From a virus (taxonomy: Duplodnaviria > Caudoviricetes), in IMG/VR virus record IMGVR_UViG_2893071988_000005, positions 1-64,000 of that record: a stretch of DNA of 64,000 nt; one strand, given 5' to 3'. This document shows, piece after piece, positions 50,401-60,657 of the stretch; the stretch's first letter is position 1, and every line of letters starts with the position of its first letter. The translations under genes were made by a program, and so were the position numbers. Under the pieces are notes generated by a model. It was not told where the DNA came from. It saw only the letters and a program-made list of their open reading frames with translations, and did not search any database.

Positions 50401-52345
50401 ATGGGCGAAGAACCGACACTACCCGGACTCCGCAGGCCGACCCGGTCAGCGCAATCCGCACATCACCCCCTACATGACGCCTTTCGCCATGGCGGTCCAC
50501 GGCCGCACGCACAAGCGCGTCGTGTTCGTGGTATCGGCGCAATCGGGCAAGACCGAGACGTTCCTTGACATCATGGGCGAGCGCCTCGACACCGCGCCGG
50601 TCCCGACAATCTACGTCGGACCTTCAAAGCAGTTTCTGAACGAGCAGTTCGAGCCCCGGCTAGACGATCTCATGCAGAACACGCCGCTGAAGGACCGGCT
50701 TGCTCCGCCGTCGAAGCAGAAGAAAACCCGCAAGTTCATCAACGGCGTCCCGCTCCGCCTGGCGCACGGCGGCTCGTCGACAGCGATGAAGTCGGACCCG
50801 TTTGGCCTCGCAATCACCGACGAGGTGGACGAGATGATGGGAAACCTGCGCGGTCAAGGAAACCCGGTCGGCCTGATCGACGCGCGCGGCGACACCTACG
50901 CGGATTTCGTCCACGCGATCACGTCGACCCCGAGCAAGGGGGCCGCCGAAGTGGAAAAGGATCCAGAAACAGGCCTCGAGTTCTGGGCCGAATCCGACCC
51001 AGAGGAGGTGGAGTCCACCATCTGGCGGCTCTGGATGAGCGGTACGCGATACCATTGGGCTTGGCCGTGCCCGCATGACGAATGTGGGGAATATTTCATT
51101 CCCCGCTTCTCCTGCCTTGAGTGGAAGAAGCCGATAGCTGAAAGCGGTCGGGAGCTTCCGTCTACGCCTTCGTTGGCGCAGAAAACGGCGCACCTTATTT
51201 GTCCGTGCTGTGGCGCCGAGATCTTTGAAACGGATCTCAAGGCCGGCTCGAACATGAACAATAAGGAGTGGATGAACGCGCGCGGCGTGTACGTCGCTCC
51301 CGGTCAGAGGGTTGATAGGGAAGGCGTCGTGCATGGCATGACGCCGGAGAGCTGGACGCTCAGCTATTGGGTATCGGGTTTGTGCTCGCCATTCGTGTCG
51401 TGGGGGGAGCGCGCGGCACGCTACGTCGAAGCCGTCAGATCCGGTGATCCTGGCCAAATCCAGTCGGTTAAGAACCAAGGCTTTGGCGAGCTTTATGCCC
51501 CCGGTGGCGGAACCGCTCCGGAGTGGGGCGAGGTTTTGGAACGGGCGGATGACAGCTATCAGCACGGTGAAGTGCCCGCGGCAGTCAAGGTCCTTACACT
51601 CACCTGTGACGTTCAGAAGGACCGCCTCATCTACATCATACGGGGGTGGGGCGCCTTCGGGGAATCCTGGCTGGTGCAGGCTGAAGAATTATTCGGCCTG
51701 ACTGAGGAGGCCGAAGTCTGGGATACGCTGGCCACCGTGCTTACGGATACCTATGATGGGCTGCCGATCCGCCTAGCTCTGATCGATTCCGGTTTCCGTC
51801 CTGGCAAGCCCTTTGTCGTTCCGGAGCATCGTGTCTATGCTTTTGCCCGTCGTTTCCCGAACCTCGTCCGCGCGACGAAGGGGGCCTCGACGGTTATGAA
51901 GAAACCCATCGATGTCAGTAAGATCGACGTGACCCTGAACGGTAAGACGTTCAAACACGGGCTCGATCTCATTCGGCTGGACACCGACTACTTCAAGTCG
52001 TGGGTGCAACAGAAGATCAGATGGGAAGATAGCATGCCGGGGGCTTGGCATCTCCCGGGCAACATCTCGGAAGACTACTGCAAGCAAGTCGTTTCCGAAA
52101 CGCGGCTCCGTTCGATGGGCAAGGTGAAGTGGGTAAAGCGCTATCGCGAAAACCACTTTCTCGACTGCGAGGCAATGCAGGCTGCCGCGCAGATGATTCT
52201 CAATCTCGGCAAGCTGCGTAGCAACGCTCCCACGAGACGCGCGGCCGCCACTGAAAATCAACCTACAAGCAATCCGGACAGGTCAGCACCGACGCCGCAG
52301 GGGCGACCGGGAGGCTTCCTTGGCCGGCGGAGTATATGGTCATGA
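50285..52345 (+). CDS. Terminase large subunit (lambda gpA family)
   Basis: 'SAQSGKT', 'ITDEVD', 'STP', 'DVQKDR', 'IDSG', 'ENHFLDC'; true start may be slightly downstream. Confidence 0.93.
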   Translation: MKSSTENGSASEIVSPKSDKLFLRAEKLLTPRPRTTPTEWAKNRHYPDSAGRPGQRNPHITPYMTPFAMAVHGRTHKRVVFVVSAQSGKTETFLDIMGERLDTAPVPTIYVGPSKQFLNEQFEPRLDDLMQNTPLKDRLAPPSKQKKTRKFINGVPLRLAHGGSSTAMKSDPFGLAITDEVDEMMGNLRGQGNPVGLIDARGDTYADFVHAITSTPSKGAAEVEKDPETGLEFWAESDPEEVESTIWRLWMSGTRYHWAWPCPHDECGEYFIPRFSCLEWKKPIAESGRELPSTPSLAQKTAHLICPCCGAEIFETDLKAGSNMNNKEWMNARGVYVAPGQRVDREGVVHGMTPESWTLSYWVSGLCSPFVSWGERAARYVEAVRSGDPGQIQSVKNQGFGELYAPGGGTAPEWGEVLERADDSYQHGEVPAAVKVLTLTCDVQKDRLIYIIRGWGAFGESWLVQAEELFGLTEEAEVWDTLATVLTDTYDGLPIRLALIDSGFRPGKPFVVPEHRVYAFARRFPNLVRATKGASTVMKKPIDVSKIDVTLNGKTFKHGLDLIRLDTDYFKSWVQQKIRWEDSMPGAWHLPGNISEDYCKQVVSETRLRSMGKVKWVKRYRENHFLDCEAMQAAAQMILNLGKLRSNAPTRRAAATENQPTSNPDRSAPTPQGRPGGFLGRRSIWS

Positions 52346-52569
52346 GCGGAATTTCTCTCGACGGAATCCCGGAGGAGGAGCGTGCCTCGCTGCTGCGCGA
52401 TCTGAAGGAAGCCTATTTCCTCGGCGCTCTGCGAGTGCGTTTTCGTGAAAGAGACGTGACCTACCGGTCGCGCGCCGAGATGCGGCAGATCATCGCCGAT
52501 CTCGAAGGTGCTGTAGCCACGGCGCCCCAGCGGAACATCATCCTGACGACGTTCAGCAGGGGGTATTGA
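52342..52569 (+). CDS. Head-tail joining protein (gpW-like)
   Basis: 'GALRVRFRERDVTYRSRAEM'; between terminase and portal. Confidence 0.8.
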   Translation: MSGISLDGIPEEERASLLRDLKEAYFLGALRVRFRERDVTYRSRAEMRQIIADLEGAVATAPQRNIILTTFSRGY

Positions 52570-54110
52570 TGGCGAATGCCCTGGACCGATTCATCGGGTT
52601 CTTAAACCCGAAAAGAGGAGCAGAGCGTGCCGCATATCGCCTCCGGTCGGAGATTCTAAATGGTGCGTACCGCAGCTATGAAGGCGCGTCATCAGGGCGC
52701 CTTGCTCAAGGCTGGCGCGCTCCGCCGGGTGATGCGGACACGCATATTGCACGATCAGGTCAGCAGCTTCGTGATCGTTCGCGGGAGCTTGTCCGCAATA
52801 ATCCGCTCGCGGCGAAGATCGTAACAGTCCACGCGAACAACCTCGTAGGGCCAGGGATTATGCCCCGCGCAAAGACGGGGAAACCGGAAACGGACAAGAA
52901 GATCAACGATCTTTTTGACGAATGGTCGGAGCAGTGCCACGTAGACGGTGCAACCAATTTCTACGGTCTCTGCTACATCCTTGCTCGTTCGATGGTGACC
53001 GACGGCGAGCAGTTTGTTCGCCGCCGCCGCCGCCGCATCGAGGACGGCCTCGCCGTTCCTCTACAATTGCAACTTCTTGATTCAGAGTTTTGCGATTGGG
53101 GGAAGACGACCGTTGTCGGTGCCGCAGAGATCATCGGCGGCATCGAGTATGATGTGATTGGCCGCCGTCGCGGCTACTGGATGTTCCCCAGACACCCGCA
53201 CGGTCGGACAGCGAAGGCGGAGGCAGTCGTTAGCTCATTCGTTCCGGCCGACGATATAGCGCACGCCTTCGAACCGCTGGCCAACCAAACGCGTGGCGTC
53301 CCATGGCTTGCGCCGGTCATGACCGAACTGAAGGATCTTCGTGACTACGAGCTTGCGGAGAATATCCGGAAAAAGGTCGAAGCGTGCCATGTCGGGGTTG
53401 TGCGGCCCAAACTCGGCGACATCGATCCGAATGTCGGTTTAACGGAGACGCCCGGCTCCAACTCGGCTCTCCGGGATATCTATGGGAACCCGGTCGACCG
53501 AATGGAGCCCGGTATGTTCGCCATAGCGTCTGACGGGGCAGACATAACGTTCAACAACCCGGCGATCTCGGCCGGGGTGGAAGCCTACATTCGCACCCGC
53601 CATCGCAGCATCGCCGCCGGCGCACGGCAACCGTACGAGCTGATGACGGGCGACTTCAGCCAGGCGAACTTCGCATCCGGTCAACTTGGATTGCTGGATT
53701 ACCAACGGTTCATCTCCTCGATCCAGTGGCATTACCTTATCCCTCAGGTGATGCATCGGATGTACGGTTGGTTTCTCCAGGCCGGCCGAGAGAACGGAAA
53801 AATCCCGTTGAACCTCAAGGTGGTGGTCGAGTGGCAGCCTCCTGAGTTCGAAAAGATCAACCGTCTCGATGACGCGCGTGCCGACCTCCTAGAGGTTCGT
53901 ATGGGCAAGCGATCGATGCCGGAGATCATCGCGAAAACGGGCCGTGATCCGGCGACCGTCGTGGCGGAGAACGACGACTTCTTCCAGATGGTCGACAAGA
54001 CGAAGAGCAAACTCGTGCTCGACGCCGACCCGCGGAAGGTTTCGATCAACGGCCAGGCTCAGGCCGCAAATCAAGTAGACAAAGGAGACGGCGGTGCCGC
54101 AGGCTCTTGA
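52569..54110 (+). CDS. Portal protein (lambda family)
   Basis: 'YEGAS', 'LRDRSRELVRNNP', 'QTRGVPWLAPV', 'YELMTGDFSQANFAS'. Confidence 0.93.
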   Translation: MANALDRFIGFLNPKRGAERAAYRLRSEILNGAYRSYEGASSGRLAQGWRAPPGDADTHIARSGQQLRDRSRELVRNNPLAAKIVTVHANNLVGPGIMPRAKTGKPETDKKINDLFDEWSEQCHVDGATNFYGLCYILARSMVTDGEQFVRRRRRRIEDGLAVPLQLQLLDSEFCDWGKTTVVGAAEIIGGIEYDVIGRRRGYWMFPRHPHGRTAKAEAVVSSFVPADDIAHAFEPLANQTRGVPWLAPVMTELKDLRDYELAENIRKKVEACHVGVVRPKLGDIDPNVGLTETPGSNSALRDIYGNPVDRMEPGMFAIASDGADITFNNPAISAGVEAYIRTRHRSIAAGARQPYELMTGDFSQANFASGQLGLLDYQRFISSIQWHYLIPQVMHRMYGWFLQAGRENGKIPLNLKVVVEWQPPEFEKINRLDDARADLLEVRMGKRSMPEIIAKTGRDPATVVAENDDFFQMVDKTKSKLVLDADPRKVSINGQAQAANQVDKGDGGAAGS

Positions 54111-56304
54111 GAAAACTATCCGTATCCCCAGGAGCTTCGGTGACGTTGAGGTCCGTGGTAGCACGGCGAACGAAACGGACCGCACGGTCGAGGTCGTGTG
54201 GTCAACCGGAGCCGCCGTAAAGCGCCGTTCCTGGGATGAGGGCGAATACATGGAAGAGCTTTCCATGGAGCCCAAAGCCATCCGCATGGCCCGGTTCAAG
54301 TCGGGGATGTCCCTTCTGGACTCTCATGACAACTGGTCGATGGCGGCCCGGCTCGGCACAGTTGTGCCGGGCTCGGTAAAGGTCGAGGGAGGCAAGGGCA
54401 CCGCCCTTGTAAAGTTCTCTCGAAGTGAACTTGCCGAAACGATCTTTCGAGATCTGCTGGACGGCCACCCCGTCCAAATTTCGGTTGGATACAAGGTCCA
54501 CAAGTACGTGAAAACCGAAGCAGGCGAGAAGTCGCTCCCAACATTCCGCGCGACGGATTGGGAGCCGATGGAGCTTTCGGTTGTCCCGATACCCGCGGAC
54601 GCCGGCTCTCACTCGCGATCTGATGCTGCTTCTGAAGAGGAGAGCTACGAGGTGATTGTATCCGGCGATGAAGCAACTTTCGCCGCGCGCGCGGCCTATA
54701 CCACGGAGATTCCCATGAACAAGCGTGAAGCCGCGAAGACCCTCAAGGGCAAGGAGCTCGATGCTCTCTCCCTCGGAGCTGGTCTTGCCCGCAACGCAAA
54801 CGAGACCGACGACCAGCTCAGCGCCCGGCTCCTCGCGCACTACGATGCCGAGGACAAGCAGCGCGCCGACGCTGAGGCGACGAAGAAGCGAGAGGCCGAT
54901 GAAGCCGCGCGCCGTGAGGCCGAGGCAGAGGCTGCAAAGCGCGCCGCCGAGGGTGGCCAGGCCGCAACGTCGACGCCCGCCGGCGGCCTGACGGCCGAGC
55001 AGGTGGCTGAGCAGGTACGCTCGGCGACCACTGCGGAGAAGAAGCGGGCCAAGGAAATCCGCGATCTCGCTCGCTCTGCCGGCTTCAAGGATGACGACGA
55101 TTTCGTTCGCTCGGCGGTCGACGGCGATCAGACGATCGAGGTCTTCCGCTCCGAAATGCTGAACAAGCTTATCGAAAAGGAGCAGAAGTCGCCGACTTTC
55201 CCGCACTCTGAAACTCGCGGCATGCGGGATAGCCAGGAAACGACCCAGAAGCTCATCGCCAACGCGATGATGCACCGTCACGGCCTCACGGATAAGCTGG
55301 AAGACGGCGCCAGCCAGTATCGCGAGATGAGCTTGGTCGACGTGGCCCGCGATCTCCTCGTTGCACGCGGCGAGAGCGGGCGTGGCTCCAACGTCGATAT
55401 CCTTCGCCGCTCGCTGCATAGCACGTCGGACTTCCCGATCATTCTCGGCGATATCACGCGCCAGACGATGATGCAGGCCTACACGCTCGAGCAGGAGCAG
55501 AACACGTTCCAGCTTATCGCAAGCCGGAACGTCATGCCCGACTTGCGCGAAGTCAAGGTTCTCGAAATGGGTAACGGCCCGGAGCTCGAGGAACTGACGG
55601 AGAAGGGCGAGTACAAGCGCGGCACGATCCGTGAAAGCGCCGAAGGCTTCACCATGTCGCACTACGGCAAGGTCATCGGCCTCACCGAGCGCATGATCAT
55701 CAACGATCAGCTTGGCGCGTTCGCCAAGGTCATTGCGAATTGGGGTCGCGTCGTCGCTCGCCTCGAAGGCAACATTGTCTGGAGCATCGTTCTCGACAAC
55801 GCTAAGCTGAAGAGCGACAACAAGGCGCTCTTCCACGCGGACCACGGCAACCTTGCCGGCTCGGGTACGGCTCTCGACGAGACGAACCTCATCGCCGGCC
55901 GCACCGCGTTCCGCAAGCAGAAGGACATCGATGGCCAGCAGATCTCGCTCGCCCCGACCTATCTCTTCGTCGGCACGGACCTCGAAGTTCCCGCCCAAAA
56001 GCTCATTCAGGGCGTGACGGTCCCGCATACCGTCGCGGAGGTGGTCCCCCAGGCGATCCGCTCGCTGAAACCGGTTTACGAAAGCCGCATTGACCGACTG
56101 CCGAACAAACCGTGGTTCCTCTTCGCCACGCCACAGGCAACCCTCGGCCGTGGCCTGCAGTATTCGTACCTCTCCGGCTACGAAACTCCCCGCACCATGG
56201 AGCGTTGGGGTTTCGACTATGACGGGGTCGAGTACCGCCTCGACCACTACTTCGGCGCGGGTCTGACCGACTTCCGTTTCGCCTACAAGAACCCCGGCAA
56301 CTAA
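54094..56304 (+). CDS. Fused prohead protease-scaffold-major capsid protein
   Basis: N-terminal 'LLDSH...ISVGY...WEPMELSVVPIPAD'; C-terminal 'HSTSDFP...GEYKRG...YGK...MIIND...YKNPG'. Confidence 0.9.
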   Translation: MPQALEKTIRIPRSFGDVEVRGSTANETDRTVEVVWSTGAAVKRRSWDEGEYMEELSMEPKAIRMARFKSGMSLLDSHDNWSMAARLGTVVPGSVKVEGGKGTALVKFSRSELAETIFRDLLDGHPVQISVGYKVHKYVKTEAGEKSLPTFRATDWEPMELSVVPIPADAGSHSRSDAASEEESYEVIVSGDEATFAARAAYTTEIPMNKREAAKTLKGKELDALSLGAGLARNANETDDQLSARLLAHYDAEDKQRADAEATKKREADEAARREAEAEAAKRAAEGGQAATSTPAGGLTAEQVAEQVRSATTAEKKRAKEIRDLARSAGFKDDDDFVRSAVDGDQTIEVFRSEMLNKLIEKEQKSPTFPHSETRGMRDSQETTQKLIANAMMHRHGLTDKLEDGASQYREMSLVDVARDLLVARGESGRGSNVDILRRSLHSTSDFPIILGDITRQTMMQAYTLEQEQNTFQLIASRNVMPDLREVKVLEMGNGPELEELTEKGEYKRGTIRESAEGFTMSHYGKVIGLTERMIINDQLGAFAKVIANWGRVVARLEGNIVWSIVLDNAKLKSDNKALFHADHGNLAGSGTALDETNLIAGRTAFRKQKDIDGQQISLAPTYLFVGTDLEVPAQKLIQGVTVPHTVAEVVPQAIRSLKPVYESRIDRLPNKPWFLFATPQATLGRGLQYSYLSGYETPRTMERWGFDYDGVEYRLDHYFGAGLTDFRFAYKNPGN

Positions 56305-56330
56305 CCGAGGCGTTCGAAGCTGAGACCGCG

Positions 56331-56362
56331 AGCCGGCCCTAGAGGGGTCGGCTTTTTCTTTT
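56331..56362 (+). terminator. Intrinsic terminator after the capsid gene
   Basis: AGCCGGCCC-loop-GGGTCGGCT-TTTTCTTTT. Confidence 0.8.
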
Positions 56363-56381
56363 CGCATAACGGGAGATCCCC

Positions 56382-56711
56382 ATGCGCAACTATGTTCAGC
56401 CGGGCAAAACCCTCACCCTGCCGGCCCCGACCGGTGGTGTTGTTTCCGGCAATTTCTACAAGATCGGCGCATTCTTCGGTGTGGCTGCAATCAGCGCCGC
56501 CGAGGGCAAGCCCTTCGATCTTGAAACCGGCGAGGTCTACGACCTGCCGAAAACTTCGGCTGAAGCCTGGGCTATCGGCGACGTCATATATGCCACCTCG
56601 GGCGGCATCATGACGACCACCTCGTCCGGCAACACGAAGGTTGGCGTGGCGGTCGCAGTCGCTGCTAACCCCTCTGGCATCGGCCGCGTGCGTCTCAACG
56701 ACAATTTCTAA
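56382..56711 (+). CDS. DUF2190 capsid cement protein
   Basis: 'MRNYVQPGKTL...GVVSG...GEVYDLPK...VGVA...VRLN'. Confidence 0.85.
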   Translation: MRNYVQPGKTLTLPAPTGGVVSGNFYKIGAFFGVAAISAAEGKPFDLETGEVYDLPKTSAEAWAIGDVIYATSGGIMTTTSSGNTKVGVAVAVAANPSGIGRVRLNDNF

Positions 56712-56759
56712 CCGACGGCAGTGAAAGCCGCCGACCAGTTGGCAACAAGGAAAAGCCAG

Positions 56760-56948
56760 ATGAAAGAGTATGTTGTCGCCATCGCCACCGTTATCGAAGG
56801 GCGCCACCGGGAGCCCGGCGAACCCGTCGCACTCGACGAGAAGAAGGCGAAGATCTACGGCGATGCCGACCTCGTTGTAACCCCGGAAGAGTGGGAGAAG
56901 CGCAAGGCCACTCCCGCCAAGGCCGCGCCGACGAAGGCCGAGAAGTAA
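56760..56948 (+). CDS. Small virion-associated protein
   Basis: AAGGA RBS; 'EGRHREPGEPVALDEKKA'. Confidence 0.6.
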   Translation: MKEYVVAIATVIEGRHREPGEPVALDEKKAKIYGDADLVVTPEEWEKRKATPAKAAPTKAEK

Positions 56949-56951
56949 GCC

Positions 56952-57368
56952 ATGGGCATTTTCAGCCGCCTTGATCGAACAGCGAGCAGGACGGTTGATC
57001 GTGTCAACGCGATCCGGTTCACGCTCGTGCCGCAGGCATCAACGCCAAATGGCCGGCCGGGGCCGGATCCGACCCGCCACGAAGTGACCGGGCGAGGGGT
57101 CTTCGACTATGTCGCAACAGAGCAGGGGCTCCAGCTCGGCGTTCGCAAATCGTACCGAGAAGCCAACGACCTTCGCGCGCTCCAGACCGGCCGCGATCCG
57201 CAGCTATCCGTCGATCGCCGGTATTTCGGCAGCGAAGAACCGAAGCAGGGCGATATCGTCGTCTTTCCCGACAACCCGGAGCTTCCGAGCTTCGATGTGA
57301 TGTCCGTTCCTCGTGACGGCCTTTCTCGGCTTGTTCTCATGCTGTCTCACGGAGGTGCCCAGGTATGA
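56952..57368 (+). CDS. Head-tail adaptor/closure protein (putative)
   Basis: Position in the head-tail block; 'PKQGD...PRDG'. Confidence 0.65.
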   Translation: MGIFSRLDRTASRTVDRVNAIRFTLVPQASTPNGRPGPDPTRHEVTGRGVFDYVATEQGLQLGVRKSYREANDLRALQTGRDPQLSVDRRYFGSEEPKQGDIVVFPDNPELPSFDVMSVPRDGLSRLVLMLSHGGAQV

Positions 57369-58138
57369 GCGTTTATCGCGTTGTTGGCCGCCTCGCCGCT
57401 GTCAGCGCCTTGAACAATTTCATGTCGGCGCCATGGCCGACAATCGCTGGTCCCAACTGGTTCGATTCCAAAATCGAACCGGTCGAGGACATGAAGACCG
57501 ACAAGATGTTCCCGTGCGGCGTGGTCTATACCGACTACGATTTCAACCACTGGAACAAGGGGGCTGGCCAGAACAAGCGCCGCCTCACCACGATCACGCT
57601 CGAACTGCTGATCGTCCAGGCTCGGGAAGTGACGACCGGTGCTCGGCCGGACTACCGCCTCGACTGCCCGGTGACGGACAGTGAAATCGAATCCTCTCTC
57701 GACTTCTTCGAGAGCCAGATATTCCGTGCGCTCGCCGCGAACAACGAGGCTGCCAACGCCTTCAGCTACCTCTATGCGTCCTACGACAATGTCGTCAGCC
57801 GACGCGGCGCATCGGCGGAAGGTGGTCAGCGGCTTGCTGCACGGCAGATTTCGATGGAGATGACCTCGGTGCGAGAAAACACCTCCGGGACCATTCCTCC
57901 GGAAATCGAGGCCTTCCTCGCCAAGCTGGAGGGCACGCCAACCTACACCGACTACGCCGATCGCGTCATCGATATCCGGCAAGCCCTAACCGCCCCGGCG
58001 GGGTGGAGTGAGGTTGAGCGTGAACGGCAGCTACTCGGCTGGAGCACGAAGACGGCAGAGGCTGTTGGTCGAGTGTTCGGCCCTCCGGTGCTGCTGCCTC
58101 CGAACCTGACCTTTCATCCAGTAGGGCCATCGCCATGA
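57365..58138 (+). CDS. Tail terminator-like protein (putative)
   Basis: ATGA-coupled; 'FDSKIEP...VVYTD'. Confidence 0.6.
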   Translation: MSVYRVVGRLAAVSALNNFMSAPWPTIAGPNWFDSKIEPVEDMKTDKMFPCGVVYTDYDFNHWNKGAGQNKRRLTTITLELLIVQAREVTTGARPDYRLDCPVTDSEIESSLDFFESQIFRALAANNEAANAFSYLYASYDNVVSRRGASAEGGQRLAARQISMEMTSVRENTSGTIPPEIEAFLAKLEGTPTYTDYADRVIDIRQALTAPAGWSEVERERQLLGWSTKTAEAVGRVFGPPVLLPPNLTFHPVGPSP

Positions 58139-58674
58139 ACTTCGATCAGGCCGTCATGAAGCTCGTCCGGCGCGTTGCGCAGTTGGAACGCATCGTCGAG
58201 CGGCAGACGGTCCGGATCAATAGCATGATCCGCGAAGGCACGGTTCTTGATGTCGACTACACGAAGGGGCTGGCGATCGTCGATGCTCATGGCATCCCGA
58301 CGAAACCCACCCCGTGGCTGGAGCCGGCGAACAGCGACTATGCCGAATGGACGCCGATGGCGAAAAATCAGCGCGTCATGCTCTTTTCGCCCGGCGGCGA
58401 CCTGGGCCGAGCGTTCATCCTGCCGGGTGGCTACACCGATGAGGCGGCACAGCCGCATCAGACGCAGGGTGAGCGCTTGACGAAATTCGGCGACACCACA
58501 TTCCGGCAATCAGCGTCCGGGTTCTTTCTCGCCGTGGGTGGTTGCTCCTTCAGCTTCACCGGTGCCGGCTTCTATCAGACCGGTGGGCGCCAGGACCACG
58601 ACGGCAAGAATGTCGGCTCCACGCACGGGCACGAGAGTGCACCGCCCGGCATTCCCGGTCCTCCGCTTCCGTAA
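58135..58674 (+). CDS. Baseplate assembly protein V (spike)
   Basis: 'REGTV...PW...QRVMLFSPGGD', C-terminal 'NVGSTHGH'. Confidence 0.85.
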   Translation: MNFDQAVMKLVRRVAQLERIVERQTVRINSMIREGTVLDVDYTKGLAIVDAHGIPTKPTPWLEPANSDYAEWTPMAKNQRVMLFSPGGDLGRAFILPGGYTDEAAQPHQTQGERLTKFGDTTFRQSASGFFLAVGGCSFSFTGAGFYQTGGRQDHDGKNVGSTHGHESAPPGIPGPPLP

Positions 58675-58685
58675 CGAGGTTCAAC

Positions 58686-59036
58686 ATGGCCGCTCTTTCT
58701 CGAAAACTCCGCAGCCTCGAAGGCGGCGGCATCGCCTTCGCCTGTCCGGGGTGCGGCGAGATGCATCAGATCCGGGTGGGAGCCGGACCCGGGCCGCGGT
58801 GGACATTTACCGGGGACGCGGAATTGCCGACGTTCCGGCCGTCAATCCTCGTGATGGGTGTCAACTTCGATCAGGAGCAGGACTGGAGCCAGGAGGATGT
58901 CAAACGCGGTGTCCTCGAAATAGCGGCCCAGGAGCGGCGCTGCCACTCCTTCGTCACGCTCGGCAACATCGAGTTTCTGCCGGACAGCACGCACGATTTG
59001 GCGGGGCAAACGGTCCCGCTTCCTGACCTTCAGTAG
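58686..59036 (+). CDS. DUF6527-like Zn-binding protein
   Basis: 'FACPGCGEMH...PTFRPSIL...CHSFVTLG...DSTHDLAGQTV'. Confidence 0.7.
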   Translation: MAALSRKLRSLEGGGIAFACPGCGEMHQIRVGAGPGPRWTFTGDAELPTFRPSILVMGVNFDQEQDWSQEDVKRGVLEIAAQERRCHSFVTLGNIEFLPDSTHDLAGQTVPLPDLQ

Positions 59037-59060
59037 CGCCGAGGCGCAAGGAGACCCCGT

Positions 59061-59288
59061 ATGACGAAGAAGATGTATTACGCCGCGGTCGAAGGCTTTC
59101 TTTTCGACAAGTACCGGAAGATCGGTGAGCCGGTCGGCATGCTCAGTGTCGATGAAGCCAAGTACCCGGCGCAGATGGGGCAGATTTCGGAGACAGCGCC
59201 GGGGCAGCCGACAACGGTAAGCGGTGGCGGCGTCAACATGGAAGCTGGTGGCGGCAAGGGCGGCAAAGCCGGCGGCGGTGAAGCCTGA
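59061..59288 (+). CDS. Small hypothetical protein
   Basis: AAGGAG RBS; TGATG-coupled to the next gene. Confidence 0.6.
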   Translation: MTKKMYYAAVEGFLFDKYRKIGEPVGMLSVDEAKYPAQMGQISETAPGQPTTVSGGGVNMEAGGGKGGKAGGGEA

Positions 59289-59701
59289 TGGCCCGGGTCG
59301 GTTTCGACGCAGAGACCGGCCAACTGCTTCGCGGCTGGCCGCACTGCCTGCAAAGCATCAAGAAAATCTTGAACACGGAACTTGGCTCAATGCCGCAGCG
59401 GCGAGGGGCCGGCTCGAAAATCCCCCAGCGCATCGACGACCCGCAGAACCCGGAATCGGTCATTGCTCTCTATCTCGACACCGCGCAGGCGCTTGAGCCG
59501 CGCACGGTCGAGGGGCGGCAATACGGTGAGCCGGGTTTCGTCCTGCTGCAGGCGAACATCGACGCGGCCACGCCGGGCCATGTGCTCCTGACGCTCGGCG
59601 GCATCTACTTCGAAGATGGCCATCTCGGCGACTACAGCAATCCATCGGAGAAGACCGTGGTTATCGACTTGGTCGATGGCGAGGGCGTGTCCTCCGAGTA
59701 A
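59288..59701 (+). CDS. Baseplate protein gpW/gp25 family
   Basis: 'GFDAETG...HCLQSIKKILNTELGS...EP'. Confidence 0.85.
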   Translation: MARVGFDAETGQLLRGWPHCLQSIKKILNTELGSMPQRRGAGSKIPQRIDDPQNPESVIALYLDTAQALEPRTVEGRQYGEPGFVLLQANIDAATPGHVLLTLGGIYFEDGHLGDYSNPSEKTVVIDLVDGEGVSSE

Positions 59702-59715
59702 TCGGGGACCTCCAG

Positions 59716-60657
59716 ATGACCATCTATGTGGGTGAGCTGCCGATGGCGCAGCTGCCGGCGCCGCAGCTTGTCGAAGTCGAATTCGAGAAAGCATTCGATG
59801 CGCGCAAGGAAAAGCTCGTCGAGCTGCTGGTGCTCGCAGGGTACCCGATCACAGTTCAGGACCTTGAGTTCGACCCGTACATCATCCTGCAGCGTGCGGA
59901 CAACATCCGCGAAATGCTCTGCCGGGTGGCGATCAACGATGTCTACAAGCAGACGCTGATCGCCTTCGCGGTCAAGGGCGCGCTCGACCACTTCGCCGCC
60001 CAGTTCACGGGCCTCCTTCGCCAGCCGGATGAGAAGGACGAGCGCTTCCGCCGCCGCATCATTGCCGAGATCCAGAATCGCTCTGGCGGCCGCCTTTCCG
60101 GTTACCAGGCGGACTGCATGAACTTCTCGCCGGTGATCGAACATGTCGGGGCTTGGTACGACCGCTCCAACCCCCTCCAGCCGACCGTGCGCCTTGCGCT
60201 GATGGCCGAATGGGTGGGGGCGTGGCAGGAGGTCGATGCTGGCGCGCCGATGACCACGCGGCTGAATTGGGTGGGGAACACGGGTGCCGTCGAGGCAAAC
60301 CTCGTGATCGGGACGCAGGAATACATCGACCGCGAGGACGTGAAGCAGGCGACCGATATCGTCCACGTCACGTCGTCGCAGGTTATCGAGACCGTTCTCG
60401 ACTTGACGATGTTCCATCTGCGCGGCCCGGACCCGGCGCTCTTGCGGCGTGCTGGTGCCGATGCGGTTGCCAAGATGGCGGCCGATCGCAAGCAACCTCA
60501 CCGCGACCTTCCTCGATCCGCAATCGAAGCTGCCGCCTCGGTCGGCGGGGCAGAGCGTGTCGCGTTGAACACGCCGCCCAACGGCATATCGGCCGGCTAT
60601 GGCCAGCTGATCCATGTGTCTTCGATCATCATCAGGAGCGCGCTGACCGATGTTTAG
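59716..60657 (+). CDS. Baseplate J-like protein
   Basis: 'LPAPQLVE', 'LIAFAVKGALDH', 'EKDERFRRR', 'TDIVHV'. Confidence 0.85.
   Translation: MTIYVGELPMAQLPAPQLVEVEFEKAFDARKEKLVELLVLAGYPITVQDLEFDPYIILQRADNIREMLCRVAINDVYKQTLIAFAVKGALDHFAAQFTGLLRQPDEKDERFRRRIIAEIQNRSGGRLSGYQADCMNFSPVIEHVGAWYDRSNPLQPTVRLALMAEWVGAWQEVDAGAPMTTRLNWVGNTGAVEANLVIGTQEYIDREDVKQATDIVHVTSSQVIETVLDLTMFHLRGPDPALLRRAGADAVAKMAADRKQPHRDLPRSAIEAAASVGGAERVALNTPPNGISAGYGQLIHVSSIIIRSALTDV

Noticed and set aside
54202-56367. Very long antisense ORFs (also 61915-63378, 28734-30356, 31130-32545, 8769-10136, 35068-36327, 276-1274)
   Set aside because: They are shadows of real genes on the other strand, caused by high-GC codon bias, with no RBS or recognisable motifs.
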